From assembly GCA_035307565.1 (NCBI GenBank), contig DATGHZ010000015.1, forward strand, positions 24,616 to 88,615: a DNA stretch of 64,000 bases. Reading direction: 5' to 3'. Origin of the DNA: a bacterium. Its GTDB lineage: Bacteria > Sysuimicrobiota > Sysuimicrobiia > Sysuimicrobiales > Segetimicrobiaceae. A program made the position numbers and the translations under genes. The notes under the pieces were generated by a model. That model did not search any database and was not told where the DNA came from. It was given only the letters and a program-made list of their open reading frames with translations. The stretch's first letter is position 1. Each line of letters begins with the position of its first letter. Positions 9,322-19,562 of the stretch are shown piece after piece.

Positions 9322-10517
9322 ATGGGACGCCCGGCCGGCGCCGCGGCCTGGGCATACTGCTCGGCGAAGAATCGCTCGCAGGCCGTCACCCCCGCCCCAA
9401 GCGGCAGCGGGATGCCCGCGATGGTGCAGGCAAGCTCGGTCCCCCCGAGCGTTGCCAGAACTTCCAGTTCGTTCAGCGCGCCGAGATGGCCGATGCGAAA
9501 CACCTTGCCTTTCAGACGGCCCAAGCCGACGCCGAGCGACAGGTTGAGCCGGGAGGCCGCCGCGCGTACCGCCGCGTCGGAATCGGCGCCCTCCGGCACC
9601 ACGACCGCCGTCAGGCTGTTGGAGCACCACTCTCGCCGCGCGCACAGGTTCACGAGGCCCCACGCCGCGACCGCGCGGCGCACCCCCTCGGCAAGCCGGT
9701 GGTGCCGCGCCAGCACATTGGAGAGGCCCTCTTCGAGCAGCATGCGGACGGCTTCGCGAAGGCCGTAGAGCGAGAGCGTCGCCGGGGTGTAGGGAAAGTA
9801 CCCGCGCTGCATCTCGCGGATGACCGGCCGCCAATCGAAGAAGTACCGCGGCAGGCTCGCGTGCTCGGCGGCTTCGAGCGCGCGCGGGCCGGCGCAGAGG
9901 ACCGCCATACCGGGCGGAAGCATGAGCCCCTTCTGCGTGCCGGTCAGCGCGACATCGATCTTCCAGGCATCGAACTGCACGTCGATGCTGCCGAGCGAGC
10001 TGACGACGTCGGCGAGAAGCAGCGCGGGATGGCGCGCCGCGTCGATCGCCGCGCGGATCGCGGCGAGATCGGACGTCACGCCGGTCGAGGTTTCGTTGTG
10101 CACGACGAGCAGGGCGCGGTAGCGGCGGGCGGTATCGCGGGACAGGCGTGCTTCGACCTGGTCCGGCGGGACCGCTTCCCCCCACGGCACATCGACGGCC
10201 TCGACGGCGAGCCCGAGCCGCCGCGCGCACTCCGCGTAGAGCGCGCTGAAGTGGCCGTTCACGAAGGCCAGCACGCCGTCGCCCGGATTGAGCGTGTTGA
10301 CGAGGGACGCTTCCCAGGCGGCGGTCCCCGAGCCGGGGTAGAGTACGATCTCGCCGCGCGTGGTGCCGAAGACCTGCTTTAGGCCCGCAACGGCTTCGCC
10401 GACGACCGCCGGCAGATCCGGGCCGCGGTGATCGACCACCGCGCGGTCCATCGCGCGCAGGACCCGCTCGGGGACATTGGTGGGACCGGGGATTTGCAAA
10501 AAATGTCGGCCGGCCAT
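9318..10517 (-). CDS. Class-V aminotransferase (serine-pyruvate / alanine-glyoxylate type)
   Basis: Starts MAGRHFLQIPGPTNVPERV (ATG 10517). PLP-lysine context TGTQKGLMLPPG. The 43-codon upstream extension in the ORF track is rejected. Confidence 0.85.
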   Translation of the reverse strand: MAGRHFLQIPGPTNVPERVLRAMDRAVVDHRGPDLPAVVGEAVAGLKQVFGTTRGEIVLYPGSGTAAWEASLVNTLNPGDGVLAFVNGHFSALYAECARRLGLAVEAVDVPWGEAVPPDQVEARLSRDTARRYRALLVVHNETSTGVTSDLAAIRAAIDAARHPALLLADVVSSLGSIDVQFDAWKIDVALTGTQKGLMLPPGMAVLCAGPRALEAAEHASLPRYFFDWRPVIREMQRGYFPYTPATLSLYGLREAVRMLLEEGLSNVLARHHRLAEGVRRAVAAWGLVNLCARREWCSNSLTAVVVPEGADSDAAVRAAASRLNLSLGVGLGRLKGKVFRIGHLGALNELEVLATLGGTELACTIAGIPLPLGAGVTACERFFAEQYAQAAAPAGRPI

Positions 10518-10620
10518 CGTTCGATCGTTTCGCACGGCACCGCGCGTTTCCTCCGGCAGGTAGGAAAAACGCCGAAGGCGCCGCGAAGGGGATGGGCACG
10601 AAGCGCGTGGGAGGGCCGCG

Positions 10621-11568
10621 ATGCGCGTTGGATCAGGCGAGCACACCTACGAGATCCACGATAACTGGGGCCGTTTGCCCGACGGCTGGTCCTACCTCGA
10701 GGTCTCGGGTGTGGCCGTCGACCGCCAGGACCGCCTCTATGTCTTCAACCGCGGCAAGCATCCCGTGATCGTGCTCGACCGCGACGGCGCCTTCCTCGGT
10801 TCGTGGGGCGAAGGCGTGTTCACGCGCCCGCATGCCGCCACGATGGCGCCGGACGATACGTTGTGGTTGGTCGACGACGGCGACCATACGGTCCGGCACT
10901 GCACGCTCGACGGCAAGGTGCTGTTGACCGTCGGTGCGCCGAACCAGCCCGCGCCAAAGTGGAGCGGCACGCCGTTCAACCGGCCGACGCACGTCGCGCT
11001 TGCCTCGGATGGATCGCTCTACATCACGGACGGCTACGGCAATACGCGGGTGCACCGGTTCACAGCCGACGGCCGGCATCTCGGGTCATGGGGCGAACCC
11101 GGCACCGACCCCGGGCAGTTCAACCTGCCGCACAACGTGGGCGTGGACCGCCAGGGTCGCATGTATGTGGCGGACCGGGAGAACTTCCGCGTGCAGGTCT
11201 TTGATCCGGGCGGCCGGTTCATCGCGCAGTGGAACAACCTCTACCGCCCGTGCGGCCTCTATGTCGACCGGCAGGGCGACCAGGATCGCATTTACGTGGG
11301 CGAATTGTGTTCGAGCGTCGCGGTGAGCGACGGCATCCAAAACCTGGGCGCGCGGTTGCAGGTGTTCACGCCCGCGGGCGAGCGTGTCGCGCGGATCGGT
11401 GCGCCCCTTCCGGGCAGCGGTCCGGGCGAATTCGTCGCCCCGCATACGGTGACGGTGGATTCGCGCGGCGACGTCTACGTCGGCGAAGTGTCCTACACTA
11501 TCCGCGGCCGGCAGTTGACGCCCCCGCGCGAACTGCGGAGCCTGCAAAAGTTCGTGCGTGTCCGCTAA
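10621..11568 (+). CDS. NHL-repeat six-bladed propeller protein (peptidyl-alpha-hydroxyglycine lyase-like)
   Basis: Repeated NHL units, e.g. PHNVGVDRQGRMYVADRENFRVQVFDPGGRF and PHTVTVDSRGDVYVGEV. Confidence 0.7.
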   Translation: MRVGSGEHTYEIHDNWGRLPDGWSYLEVSGVAVDRQDRLYVFNRGKHPVIVLDRDGAFLGSWGEGVFTRPHAATMAPDDTLWLVDDGDHTVRHCTLDGKVLLTVGAPNQPAPKWSGTPFNRPTHVALASDGSLYITDGYGNTRVHRFTADGRHLGSWGEPGTDPGQFNLPHNVGVDRQGRMYVADRENFRVQVFDPGGRFIAQWNNLYRPCGLYVDRQGDQDRIYVGELCSSVAVSDGIQNLGARLQVFTPAGERVARIGAPLPGSGPGEFVAPHTVTVDSRGDVYVGEVSYTIRGRQLTPPRELRSLQKFVRVR

Positions 11569-11637
11569 ACAGGGCCCACCGGAAGTAAGGCCGTGACGGC
11601 CGGAGTACGTCGGAATCTCGGATAAGGGAGGCAGGGC

Positions 11638-13239
11638 GTGGACGCACCGATGCGGATCACACGGCGTGGGTTACTGAAAGGAGCGGCGGTTGGGGCCGGG
11701 CTGGCCGCCGGATTGGACCGCCGCGCCCGGGGTTGGCTCGGCGACACGCCGGCCGGGGTCGCGACGGCCGCGCCGCGCCGCGGCGGCACGCTCCGCATTG
11801 CGGAGATCGGCGAGCCGCTGACGCTCGATACGGTCGCGACGACCGCCGACCTGACGTCGACGATCACGCTGCCGGTCTTCGAGGAACTCTTCATCTTCGA
11901 CGCCAATTGGCGGATTCAACCGCTGCTCGCGGCATCGTATACGGTGAGCAAGGACGCGCTCACGTACACCTTCATGCTGCGAAAGAACGTCTCGTTCCAC
12001 AACGGCCGCGACATGACGGCGGCGGACGTCGTCGCATCGCTGAACCGCTGGGGTCGCGTCAGCCCGCGCGGTCCGTCCGTCTACCAGCACGTGGACAGCG
12101 TGCAGGCATCCGGGAACGACACGGTGGTGCTGAAGCTCAAGCAGCCTTACGCACCGTTGCTGGCCTTTCTGGCCCTTCCGAACGGCGCCGCCGCCATCAT
12201 GCCGCGCGAGATCGTCGAAGCGGCGGGCACCAGTCCAATCAAGCAATTCATCGGCACGGGCCCCTACAGGTTTGTGGAATGGGCGCCGGATCGCTACGTC
12301 AAGCTCGCGCGCTTCGATCACTATGCCGCGCGAACGGAGCCGCCGAACGGGTACGCGGGACGGCGGGACGCGCTGGCCGACGAGGTCATGTACTATCCCG
12401 TCTCCCAAGTGGCGACGCGGATCGCCGGTGTCCAGAGCGGCGACTACGATGTCGCCGACGGGATCAACCAAGACGCGTACGCGGCGCTGAAAAAAGACGC
12501 GCGCGTGGTGCCCGAGATCATCCGGCCGGGTTCCTTCCTCACCTTCTTCTTCAATAAAAAGCAGGGCATCATGGCAAACGAGAAGCTGCGCGAGGCTGTG
12601 CTCGTCGCGCTCGACATGCAGCCGATCATGTCGGCGACTTTCGGCAACCCCGATCTGTACTCGCTCTACCCGAGCATCTACCCGAAGGGTACGCCGTGGT
12701 ATACGACGGCGGGCAGCGAGTGGTACAACGTCCACAACGTCGCGCGGGCGAAAGAACTGGCAAAGGAAGCGGGGTACACCGGGCAACCGATCCGCTGGCT
12801 CACCACCCAGCAGTACGACTACATGTTCAAGAGCACCGTGGTCGCCTCGTCACAACTGCAGCACGCCGGGTTCAACGTCGACATGCAGGTGCTGGAGTGG
12901 GCCGGCGTCCTAGACCACCGCAGCAAGCCCGCGGACTACGATATGTTCACGACCTCGCATGGGTTTGTACCGGATCCGGCGCTCATCACGGTGTTCAGTT
13001 CCGCCTACCCCGGCTGGTGGGACACGACCACGAAAAATACTCTGCTCGGTGAGTTTACAAGCGAATCGGATCAGAGCGCGCGCGTGAAGACATGGGGCCA
13101 GCTCCAGGCCCTCATGTACAAGGAAGCGGCGATCGTCCGGCCCGGCGAGTTCTACGGGCTCTTGCTGCGCAGCCGTGCCCTCGAAACGTTCCGCGCGTCG
13201 TATTGGATCGTGCCCTGGAACGTGTCCGCCGTGAAGTAA
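11638..13239 (+). CDS. ABC transporter substrate-binding protein, family 5, Tat-type signal (cassette 2)
   Basis: GTG 11638 lies 6 nt after GGGAGG. Twin-arginine signal TRRGLLKGAAVGAGLAAG. Family-5 SBP-like throughout. Confidence 0.9.
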   Translation: MDAPMRITRRGLLKGAAVGAGLAAGLDRRARGWLGDTPAGVATAAPRRGGTLRIAEIGEPLTLDTVATTADLTSTITLPVFEELFIFDANWRIQPLLAASYTVSKDALTYTFMLRKNVSFHNGRDMTAADVVASLNRWGRVSPRGPSVYQHVDSVQASGNDTVVLKLKQPYAPLLAFLALPNGAAAIMPREIVEAAGTSPIKQFIGTGPYRFVEWAPDRYVKLARFDHYAARTEPPNGYAGRRDALADEVMYYPVSQVATRIAGVQSGDYDVADGINQDAYAALKKDARVVPEIIRPGSFLTFFFNKKQGIMANEKLREAVLVALDMQPIMSATFGNPDLYSLYPSIYPKGTPWYTTAGSEWYNVHNVARAKELAKEAGYTGQPIRWLTTQQYDYMFKSTVVASSQLQHAGFNVDMQVLEWAGVLDHRSKPADYDMFTTSHGFVPDPALITVFSSAYPGWWDTTTKNTLLGEFTSESDQSARVKTWGQLQALMYKEAAIVRPGEFYGLLLRSRALETFRASYWIVPWNVSAVK

Positions 13240-13277
13240 CCCCCGCCGCGCGGGGACGGCCGGCGGTTCACTAGCCT

Positions 13278-14219
13278 GTGCTTTCGTATTTCTTGGGGCG
13301 GCTGGTGGCGCTCCTGCCTGTGCTGCTGGTCGTTGCGATCGTGGTGTTCATGCTCATTCACGTGACGCCGGGAGACCCGGCGCGCGTGCTGCTGGGCCAG
13401 GACGCGACGGCGGAGCAGGTGGCTGCGCTGCGTCACGACCTGGGCCTCGACCGGCCCCTGCCGCTCCAGTTCGCGCTCTGGATCGGCCGCGCGGTGCGGG
13501 GCGACCTCGGTCTGTCGTTCTTCCTGCACCTCCCGGTGACGACCGACATCGCGGAGCACGCCGGCCCCACCGCGATGCTGGCACTGCTGGGCCTCGGCGT
13601 GGCGCTCGCGATCGGCATTCCGGTCGGGATCGTGTCCGCGGTGTTCCGCAACTCCTGGCTCGATCAGGCCAGCCTCGCGCTGGCGATGCTCGGGGCCGCT
13701 GTGCCGAGCTTCTGGCTTGGTCTCTCCCTCATCGTGCTGTTTGCGGTGGACCTCGGGTGGCTGCCGTCCTCGGGGTACCGCTCCCCCGGGGCGGGGCTGG
13801 TCCAGAGCCTGCACTACCTCGTCCTGCCGGCATTGGCCCTCGGGGTGCCGAACTCATCGCTCATCATCCGCTTCACGCGCAGCAGCCTGCTCGATGTGCT
13901 CGGCAACGACTACATCCGCACCGCGAGCGCGAAGGGCCTCCCGCGGCCGCGGGTGATTTTCGGCCACGCCCTCCGGAACGCGCTTGTGCCGATCCTCACC
14001 GTGGTGGGCCTCACCTTCGCCGCGCTGATGGGCGGCGCCGTTGTCACGGAGACGGTCTTCAGCCTGCCGGGCGTCGGCCAGCTGGTCGTCTCGTCGGTCC
14101 TGCGGCGCGATTATCCCGTGATTCAGGGGGTCGTGCTGCTCGTGGCGACGATCTACGTGCTCGTCAACCTTGCCGTCGACATGATGTACTTCGTCGTCGA
14201 TCCGCGGGTCCGGTATTGA
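13278..14219 (+). CDS. ABC transporter permease, DppB-like (cassette 2)
   Basis: PGDPARVLLG and EAA-loop NDYIRTASAKGLPRPRVIFGHALRNALVP. Confidence 0.9.
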   Translation: MLSYFLGRLVALLPVLLVVAIVVFMLIHVTPGDPARVLLGQDATAEQVAALRHDLGLDRPLPLQFALWIGRAVRGDLGLSFFLHLPVTTDIAEHAGPTAMLALLGLGVALAIGIPVGIVSAVFRNSWLDQASLALAMLGAAVPSFWLGLSLIVLFAVDLGWLPSSGYRSPGAGLVQSLHYLVLPALALGVPNSSLIIRFTRSSLLDVLGNDYIRTASAKGLPRPRVIFGHALRNALVPILTVVGLTFAALMGGAVVTETVFSLPGVGQLVVSSVLRRDYPVIQGVVLLVATIYVLVNLAVDMMYFVVDPRVRY

Positions 14220-14233
14220 AGGCGGCGGAACGG

Positions 14234-15127
14234 ATGGCCGGCCGGCCTTCGGCCGCGCTGCCGGCGCTCGGGACTGCCGGCGCGCGCCGTCCGGGATCGG
14301 CGCTGCTGTGGCGGATGGTGCGGCGGCGGCGCATCGTCGCCGTGGGTCTCGTCCTGCTCCTCGGCATCCTCGCCGCGGCGGTTCTCGCGCCAGAGCTCGC
14401 GCCCTACGATCCGATTGCGCTCGACGTGCCGTCGCGTCTGGCCGCCCCGGGACCGGCGCATCCGTTCGGGACGGATGAGTTTGGGCGCGACATCCTGAGC
14501 CGGACGTTGTACGGCGCGCGGCTGTCGCTCACCGTGGGCGCGCTGGTCACGGCGCTCGCCACGACCGCGGGCATCGCCGTGGGCCTCGTCGCGGGCACCA
14601 GCGCCAAGGCGGACCGGTTGCTCATGCGGGTCATGGACGGCCTGATGGCGTTTCCGGATATCCTGCTCGCCATCGCGCTCATGGCGTCGCTCGGGCCGAG
14701 CGCGCGCAACGTCGTGATCGCGCTCGGGTTTGTCTACACGCCGCGCATTGCGCGGATCGTCCGCGCCTCCGTGCTCGTCGTGGTGGCCCAAGAGTACGTC
14801 GAGGCGGCCCGCGCCGTGGGTGCGCCGGTGGCGCGCATCCTAGTCCGGCACGTGCTGGTCAACACCGCGTCGCCCATCATCGTTCAAGCGACCTTCATCA
14901 CCGCGTACGCGATGCTCGGGGAGGCGGCCCTGAGTTTCCTCGGCGTGGGCATCCCGCCGCAGATTCCGACATGGGGCGGCATCATCAGCGAGGGCCAAGT
15001 CTACCTGCGTCAGGCGTGGTGGATCAGCATCTTTCCGGGCGCCGCCATCGTGCTGAGCGTGCTCAGCCTCAACCTCCTGGGCGACGGGCTGCGAGACTAT
15101 CTCGATCCGCGCCTCCGCTACTCGTAG
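14234..15127 (+). CDS. ABC transporter permease, DppC-like (cassette 2)
   Basis: ATG 14234. PFGTDEFGRDILSRTLYGAR and C-terminal NLLGDGLRDYLDPR. The upstream portion of the 456-aa ORF overlaps the previous gene. Confidence 0.9.
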   Translation: MAGRPSAALPALGTAGARRPGSALLWRMVRRRRIVAVGLVLLLGILAAAVLAPELAPYDPIALDVPSRLAAPGPAHPFGTDEFGRDILSRTLYGARLSLTVGALVTALATTAGIAVGLVAGTSAKADRLLMRVMDGLMAFPDILLAIALMASLGPSARNVVIALGFVYTPRIARIVRASVLVVVAQEYVEAARAVGAPVARILVRHVLVNTASPIIVQATFITAYAMLGEAALSFLGVGIPPQIPTWGGIISEGQVYLRQAWWISIFPGAAIVLSVLSLNLLGDGLRDYLDPRLRYS

Positions 15128-15273
15128 GGCGGCGTCCCCCCCACCGCGGGGCGGGCCCGGGACCCGGTGCGCCAGCCCCACAGGGAGTCCCGCGAATTCT
15201 ATGGAACGGAACCACCGCGCCGGTTTTGCCCGGACGACCGGGATCGGCGCACCGAGATCCCAGGGGGTGGAGC

Positions 15274-16869
15274 ATGGCACGTTCGCGTTTGACCCGGAGA
15301 CAGGTACTCGCCGGCGGGCTCGCGCTCGGCGGCGGCCTGACCGGACTCGATCTCGTTCGGGGCCGCGGCCTGCCCGAGGCGTTCGCGGCCGGCGCGATCC
15401 CGAAGCGCGGCGGTATGCTCGTCGCCGCGGCAGAGGTGGACCCGGTCAGTCTTGATCCGCATACCAACTCCAACTTCTCGGCGGCCCAGGCGTTCGAGCA
15501 CATCTACGAGAGCCTTACGGGGTTCGATGAGAAGAACCGCCTGGTGCCGATGTTGGCGACGAAGTGGGAAATTCAAAACGGCGGCAAGACCTACATTTTC
15601 CATCTTCGGCCGAACGTGAAGTTCCATAACGGCCAGACGATGACGGCGGACGACGTCAAGTACACCGTCGATCGGGTGGTCGATCCCAAGACCGCCTCCC
15701 CGTGGCGCGGCTGGTTCGATACGATCGAGGAGACGCGCGTCATTGATCCCATGACGGTCCAGATCAACCTGAATGCGCCGTACCCGGGGCTGCTCGGCTC
15801 GTTCGCTGGCATGCGGGCGTCCGGGATCATCCCGAAAGGCCTCGCGGAACGCGAAAATCTCAAGATCAAGGCGATCGGCACCGGGCCGTTCAAACTCGTG
15901 GAGTACGTGCCACAAGATCACATCACGTACGCGCGGCACGCGGAATATTGGGCGCAGCCGCTGCCCTACTTCGACGGCATGACGTTCAAGATCCTGACGG
16001 AAGAGAACGCGCGCCTCGCGGCGCTGCGCGCCGGGCAGATTCAATACGCGGCCATCAGCGCGCAGGGCGAAGCGCAGCTCAAGGGCGTTCCCGGCGTCGC
16101 CGTGCTGCGGGGGTTGGTCGCGAACGTATCGCTGCATTACATCAATGTCTCCCGCAAGCCCCTCAACGACTGGCGCGTGCGCAAGGCGATGCGCATGGCC
16201 GTCGACACGAACGAAGTGATCCAGAAGGCCGCGTTCGGGGCGGCGGTCCCCTCCGGCCCGATCCCAACCGGGTACGGCGACTGGTACGTCCCCCCGCAGA
16301 GCCTGCCCTACAACAAGCCGGACGTCGACGGCGCCAAGAAACTGCTCGCGGAGGCGGGCTACCCGAACGGCGGCTTTCCGGTCGAGATTCTGTGTTCGCC
16401 GCAGTATCCGGAATACGTGGCGATGTCGCTCGTCATCCAGGATTCGCTCCGGAAAATCGGCATCAACGCACAGGTCAAACAGATGGAGTGGGGCGCCTTC
16501 GTCGCCGATCACAACCGGGAATTGCAGACCCACGGCCAGGAAGGCGGAGAGATCTTCTGCTCCGGCAATACCTTCCGGCCGGACCCCGACGGGTACATCT
16601 ACCCGTATTTCTACAGCAAGGGTTCCATCAACGACGGCGGCTACTCCAACCCGAAGTTGGATCCGCTCATGGTGCAGGCGCGATCGATCTTCAACCACGA
16701 CGAGCGTAAGAGTTTGTACGTACAAATTCAGCGCACGCTGCTGGAAGAGTCGCCGAACTGGTGGTGGCACGTGAAGTACAACATCGACGCCGTCTCGGCC
16801 CGGCTGCACGGCTTCACGCAGTCGTTCACCGGCCGTCGGTTCCTTTTGAAGCAGGCCTGGTTGACCTGA
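15274..16869 (+). CDS. ABC transporter substrate-binding protein, family 5, Tat-type signal (cassette 3)
   Basis: ATG 15274 follows GGGGGTGGAG. TRRQVLAGGLALGGG twin-arginine signal. Family-5 SBP-like. Confidence 0.9.
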   Translation: MARSRLTRRQVLAGGLALGGGLTGLDLVRGRGLPEAFAAGAIPKRGGMLVAAAEVDPVSLDPHTNSNFSAAQAFEHIYESLTGFDEKNRLVPMLATKWEIQNGGKTYIFHLRPNVKFHNGQTMTADDVKYTVDRVVDPKTASPWRGWFDTIEETRVIDPMTVQINLNAPYPGLLGSFAGMRASGIIPKGLAERENLKIKAIGTGPFKLVEYVPQDHITYARHAEYWAQPLPYFDGMTFKILTEENARLAALRAGQIQYAAISAQGEAQLKGVPGVAVLRGLVANVSLHYINVSRKPLNDWRVRKAMRMAVDTNEVIQKAAFGAAVPSGPIPTGYGDWYVPPQSLPYNKPDVDGAKKLLAEAGYPNGGFPVEILCSPQYPEYVAMSLVIQDSLRKIGINAQVKQMEWGAFVADHNRELQTHGQEGGEIFCSGNTFRPDPDGYIYPYFYSKGSINDGGYSNPKLDPLMVQARSIFNHDERKSLYVQIQRTLLEESPNWWWHVKYNIDAVSARLHGFTQSFTGRRFLLKQAWLT

Positions 16870-16979
16870 GCGGCATCGATCTCGCGGCGCGGCGGGCGTC
16901 CGCGGAGGCGGAGCGGGCCGGCGCATCCTGCCGGCCCGCCGCCGGGAGGCGCGGGTCCGCCGCGGCGGTCTGAGCGCCC

Positions 16980-17927
16980 ATGAGGTACCTGCTGCGGCGC
17001 GGTGCCTGGACGGTCGCGGCGCTCCTCGGCGTCTCCGTTCTCATCTTCGGCCTTGTGCGGCTGCTCCCGGGAACGATCGTCGATATCCTCGCGGGGACGG
17101 AAGGCCGCCTCGGCCCTGAGCAGAGGGCGGCCGTGTTGCATCAATTCGGCCTCGACCGGCCGCTGCCCGTGCAGTACGGGCTGTGGCTCTGGAACCTCAT
17201 GCACGGCAATCTCGGCTGGTCGTTCCGGACCCAGCAGCCGGTCGGCGAACTCATCGCGTCGCGCCTGCCGATTACGATCGAACTCGCCGTGCTCACCATC
17301 GCGGCCGTCGCCGCCATCGGCATCCCGCTCGGCATCTTGGCGAGCGTCACGCCGAGCCTGCGCGTCAAGGCGGTCGCGCAGATCGTCGGCCTCCTCGGCC
17401 TGTCCGTGCCGAACTTTTGGACGGCCGTGATGCTTATCATTCTGGCGTCGTACGCGTTCCACTGGCTGCCCGCGCTGATCTTCATCCCCCCCTGGGTGGC
17501 GCCGTGGACGAACGCCCAGCAAATGCTGCTGCCGGTCCTCTCCCTCGCGCTCGGCCTCGCGGCGGTGGTCGTGCGGATGACCCGATCGTCGATGCTGGAA
17601 GTGTTGGGGCAGGAATATGTCAAGGTCGCGCGGGCCAAGGGCCTGCGCGGCGCCACCGTGCTGTTCCGCCACGCGCTCCGCAACGCGCTCATTCCGATCA
17701 TCACGGTATTGGGTCTGCAGAGCGGGTTCTTGCTCGGCGGGGTCGTGATCACGGAGCAGATTTTCGGCCTGCCGGGGTTGGGCTGGATGCTCTTGAACGG
17801 GGTCTACCAGCGGGACTATCCCGTCGTACAGGGCACGGTGATGCTGTTTGCGGTGACGTTCGCCGCGGTCAACCTTGCGGTGGACCTCTTGTACACGTCG
17901 CTCGATCCGCGGATTCGGTTCGAATGA
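16980..17927 (+). CDS. ABC transporter permease, DppB-like (cassette 3)
   Basis: EAA-loop QEYVKVARAKGLRGATVLFRHALRNALIP. Six TM segments. Confidence 0.9.
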   Translation: MRYLLRRGAWTVAALLGVSVLIFGLVRLLPGTIVDILAGTEGRLGPEQRAAVLHQFGLDRPLPVQYGLWLWNLMHGNLGWSFRTQQPVGELIASRLPITIELAVLTIAAVAAIGIPLGILASVTPSLRVKAVAQIVGLLGLSVPNFWTAVMLIILASYAFHWLPALIFIPPWVAPWTNAQQMLLPVLSLALGLAAVVVRMTRSSMLEVLGQEYVKVARAKGLRGATVLFRHALRNALIPIITVLGLQSGFLLGGVVITEQIFGLPGLGWMLLNGVYQRDYPVVQGTVMLFAVTFAAVNLAVDLLYTSLDPRIRFE

Positions 17928-18850
17928 GCGAGCGCGCAGGCGGCGCGGAAGCCGGTCCATTGCCGGGTGCGGCCTTCGCACCGGCCGCGGGATGGCGCCC
18001 CCCGGTCTCCCCGCGGTCGGCTCTCCGCGCGGGCCGCCTGGCCCGCCGCAATCCGACCGCGGTGGCCGGCGCGGCGATTATCGCGCTGACCGTGTTCATC
18101 GCGCTCGCGGCGCCGCTGCTGAGCCGGTACGACCCTGTCTCGCAAATCGCGCAGCCGCTCTTGGCCCCGGGCGGCCGGTATCCGCTCGGGACCGACGAGT
18201 TGGGCCGGGATGAGCTGAGCCGTCTCTTCTTCGGCACTCGGGTCTCGCTGTATGTCGGCGGCCTCGCGGTCGTGATCGCGCTCGTGTTCGGCGCCTCATC
18301 CGGCATTGCCGCCGGATTCTACGGCGGCCGATTGGACAATATCGCGATGCGCGTGATGGACGTGCTCTTCTCGATGCCGGCGCTTGTGCTCGCGATCACG
18401 CTGACGAGCATTCTGGGGCCCAGCCTCACCAACGCGATGATCGCGATCGGGATCGTCTATGCGCCGACGTTCGCCCGCGTGGCCCGCGGACCGACCCTGT
18501 CGATCGTCGGCCAGCCGTATATCGAGGCCGCCCGCGCCATCGGCGCCTCAAACGCCGTCATCATGGCGCGGCACGTCCTCCCGAACGTGTCCGCGCCGCT
18601 GTTGGTGCAGACGACCGTGTCCCTCTCGACGGCCATTTTGACCGAAGCCGCCCTGAGCTTCCTCGGGCTCGGGACGCAGCCGCCGACCGCCTCGTGGGGC
18701 CTCATGCTGAGCACGGCCCGGCAGTACATGCTCATCGATCCGTGGATCGCGGTGCTGCCCGGGATCGCGATCGCCGTCACGGTGCTCGGGTTCAACCTGC
18801 TCGGGGACGGACTCCGCGACGTGCTGGATCCGCGCATCCGAACCCTGTGA
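17924..18850 (+). CDS. ABC transporter permease, DppC-like (cassette 3)
   Basis: ATG 17924 overlaps the upstream stop (ATGA). PLGTDELGRDELSRLFFGTR and NLLGDGLRDVLDPR. Confidence 0.9.
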   Translation: MSERAGGAEAGPLPGAAFAPAAGWRPPVSPRSALRAGRLARRNPTAVAGAAIIALTVFIALAAPLLSRYDPVSQIAQPLLAPGGRYPLGTDELGRDELSRLFFGTRVSLYVGGLAVVIALVFGASSGIAAGFYGGRLDNIAMRVMDVLFSMPALVLAITLTSILGPSLTNAMIAIGIVYAPTFARVARGPTLSIVGQPYIEAARAIGASNAVIMARHVLPNVSAPLLVQTTVSLSTAILTEAALSFLGLGTQPPTASWGLMLSTARQYMLIDPWIAVLPGIAIAVTVLGFNLLGDGLRDVLDPRIRTL

Positions 18851-18905
18851 CGCCTCTCGCGGCCTCCGGCCGACCCGTGGCCGTGCGTTCGCGCCGGCGC
18901 GCAAC

Positions 18906-19562
18906 ATGCCGCGGCTGATCGCGTTGCTGCGGGCCATCAACGTGGGCCGGGGGCGCGTGGTCAAGATGGACCGGCTTCGCCGCGAGTTCGCCGCAATGAG
19001 TTTTTCTGACGTCGAGACGTTCATCGCGAGCGGCAACGTCCTCTTCGCGAGCCGGGCGGGGAACGTGGCCGCGCTCGAACAAAGGATAGGGGAGCGTTTA
19101 GGGGGGGCCCTCGGCTACGACGTGGGCGTCTTCATCCGAACGCCGGACCAGCTGCAGGCGATCGCGCACTTTGCACCGTTTCGAGCGGACGAGCCCGGCC
19201 CGCGGTTGCCTGACAACGTCATTTTCCTCGCCGCGCCGCCGAGGGCCGCGGCGCGGCGCGCCGTCGCCGCGCTGCGGACCGCCACGGACGACTTCCGCAT
19301 CCGGGGACGCGAGATCTACTGGCGCCGGCGCCGTAAACCCGGCACGACGGTCTTTTCTACCGTGCCGCTCGAGAAAGCGCTCGGCACAGCGTTCACGATT
19401 CGAAACGCCGGCACGGTGACTAAACTCGCCGCGATGTGCCGGCCGGACGGGGGGAAGAGGAATGCCCAAGCAGCGGTACCTGTACGAACACATGACGTGG
19501 GAGGAGGTCAACGACGCCGTGCGCGCCGGCCGCGTCGCGCTGATTCCCGTCGGGACCATTGA
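18906..19562 (+). CDS. DUF1697-family protein
   Basis: N-terminal MPRLIALLRAINVGRGRVVKM...FSDVETFIASGNVLF is typical of DUF1697. The family-like sequence ends near RNAGTVTKLAAM, yet the ORF runs 101 nt into the next gene. Confidence 0.7.
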   Translation: MPRLIALLRAINVGRGRVVKMDRLRREFAAMSFSDVETFIASGNVLFASRAGNVAALEQRIGERLGGALGYDVGVFIRTPDQLQAIAHFAPFRADEPGPRLPDNVIFLAAPPRAAARRAVAALRTATDDFRIRGREIYWRRRRKPGTTVFSTVPLEKALGTAFTIRNAGTVTKLAAMCRPDGGKRNAQAAVPVRTHDVGGGQRRRARRPRRADSRRDH

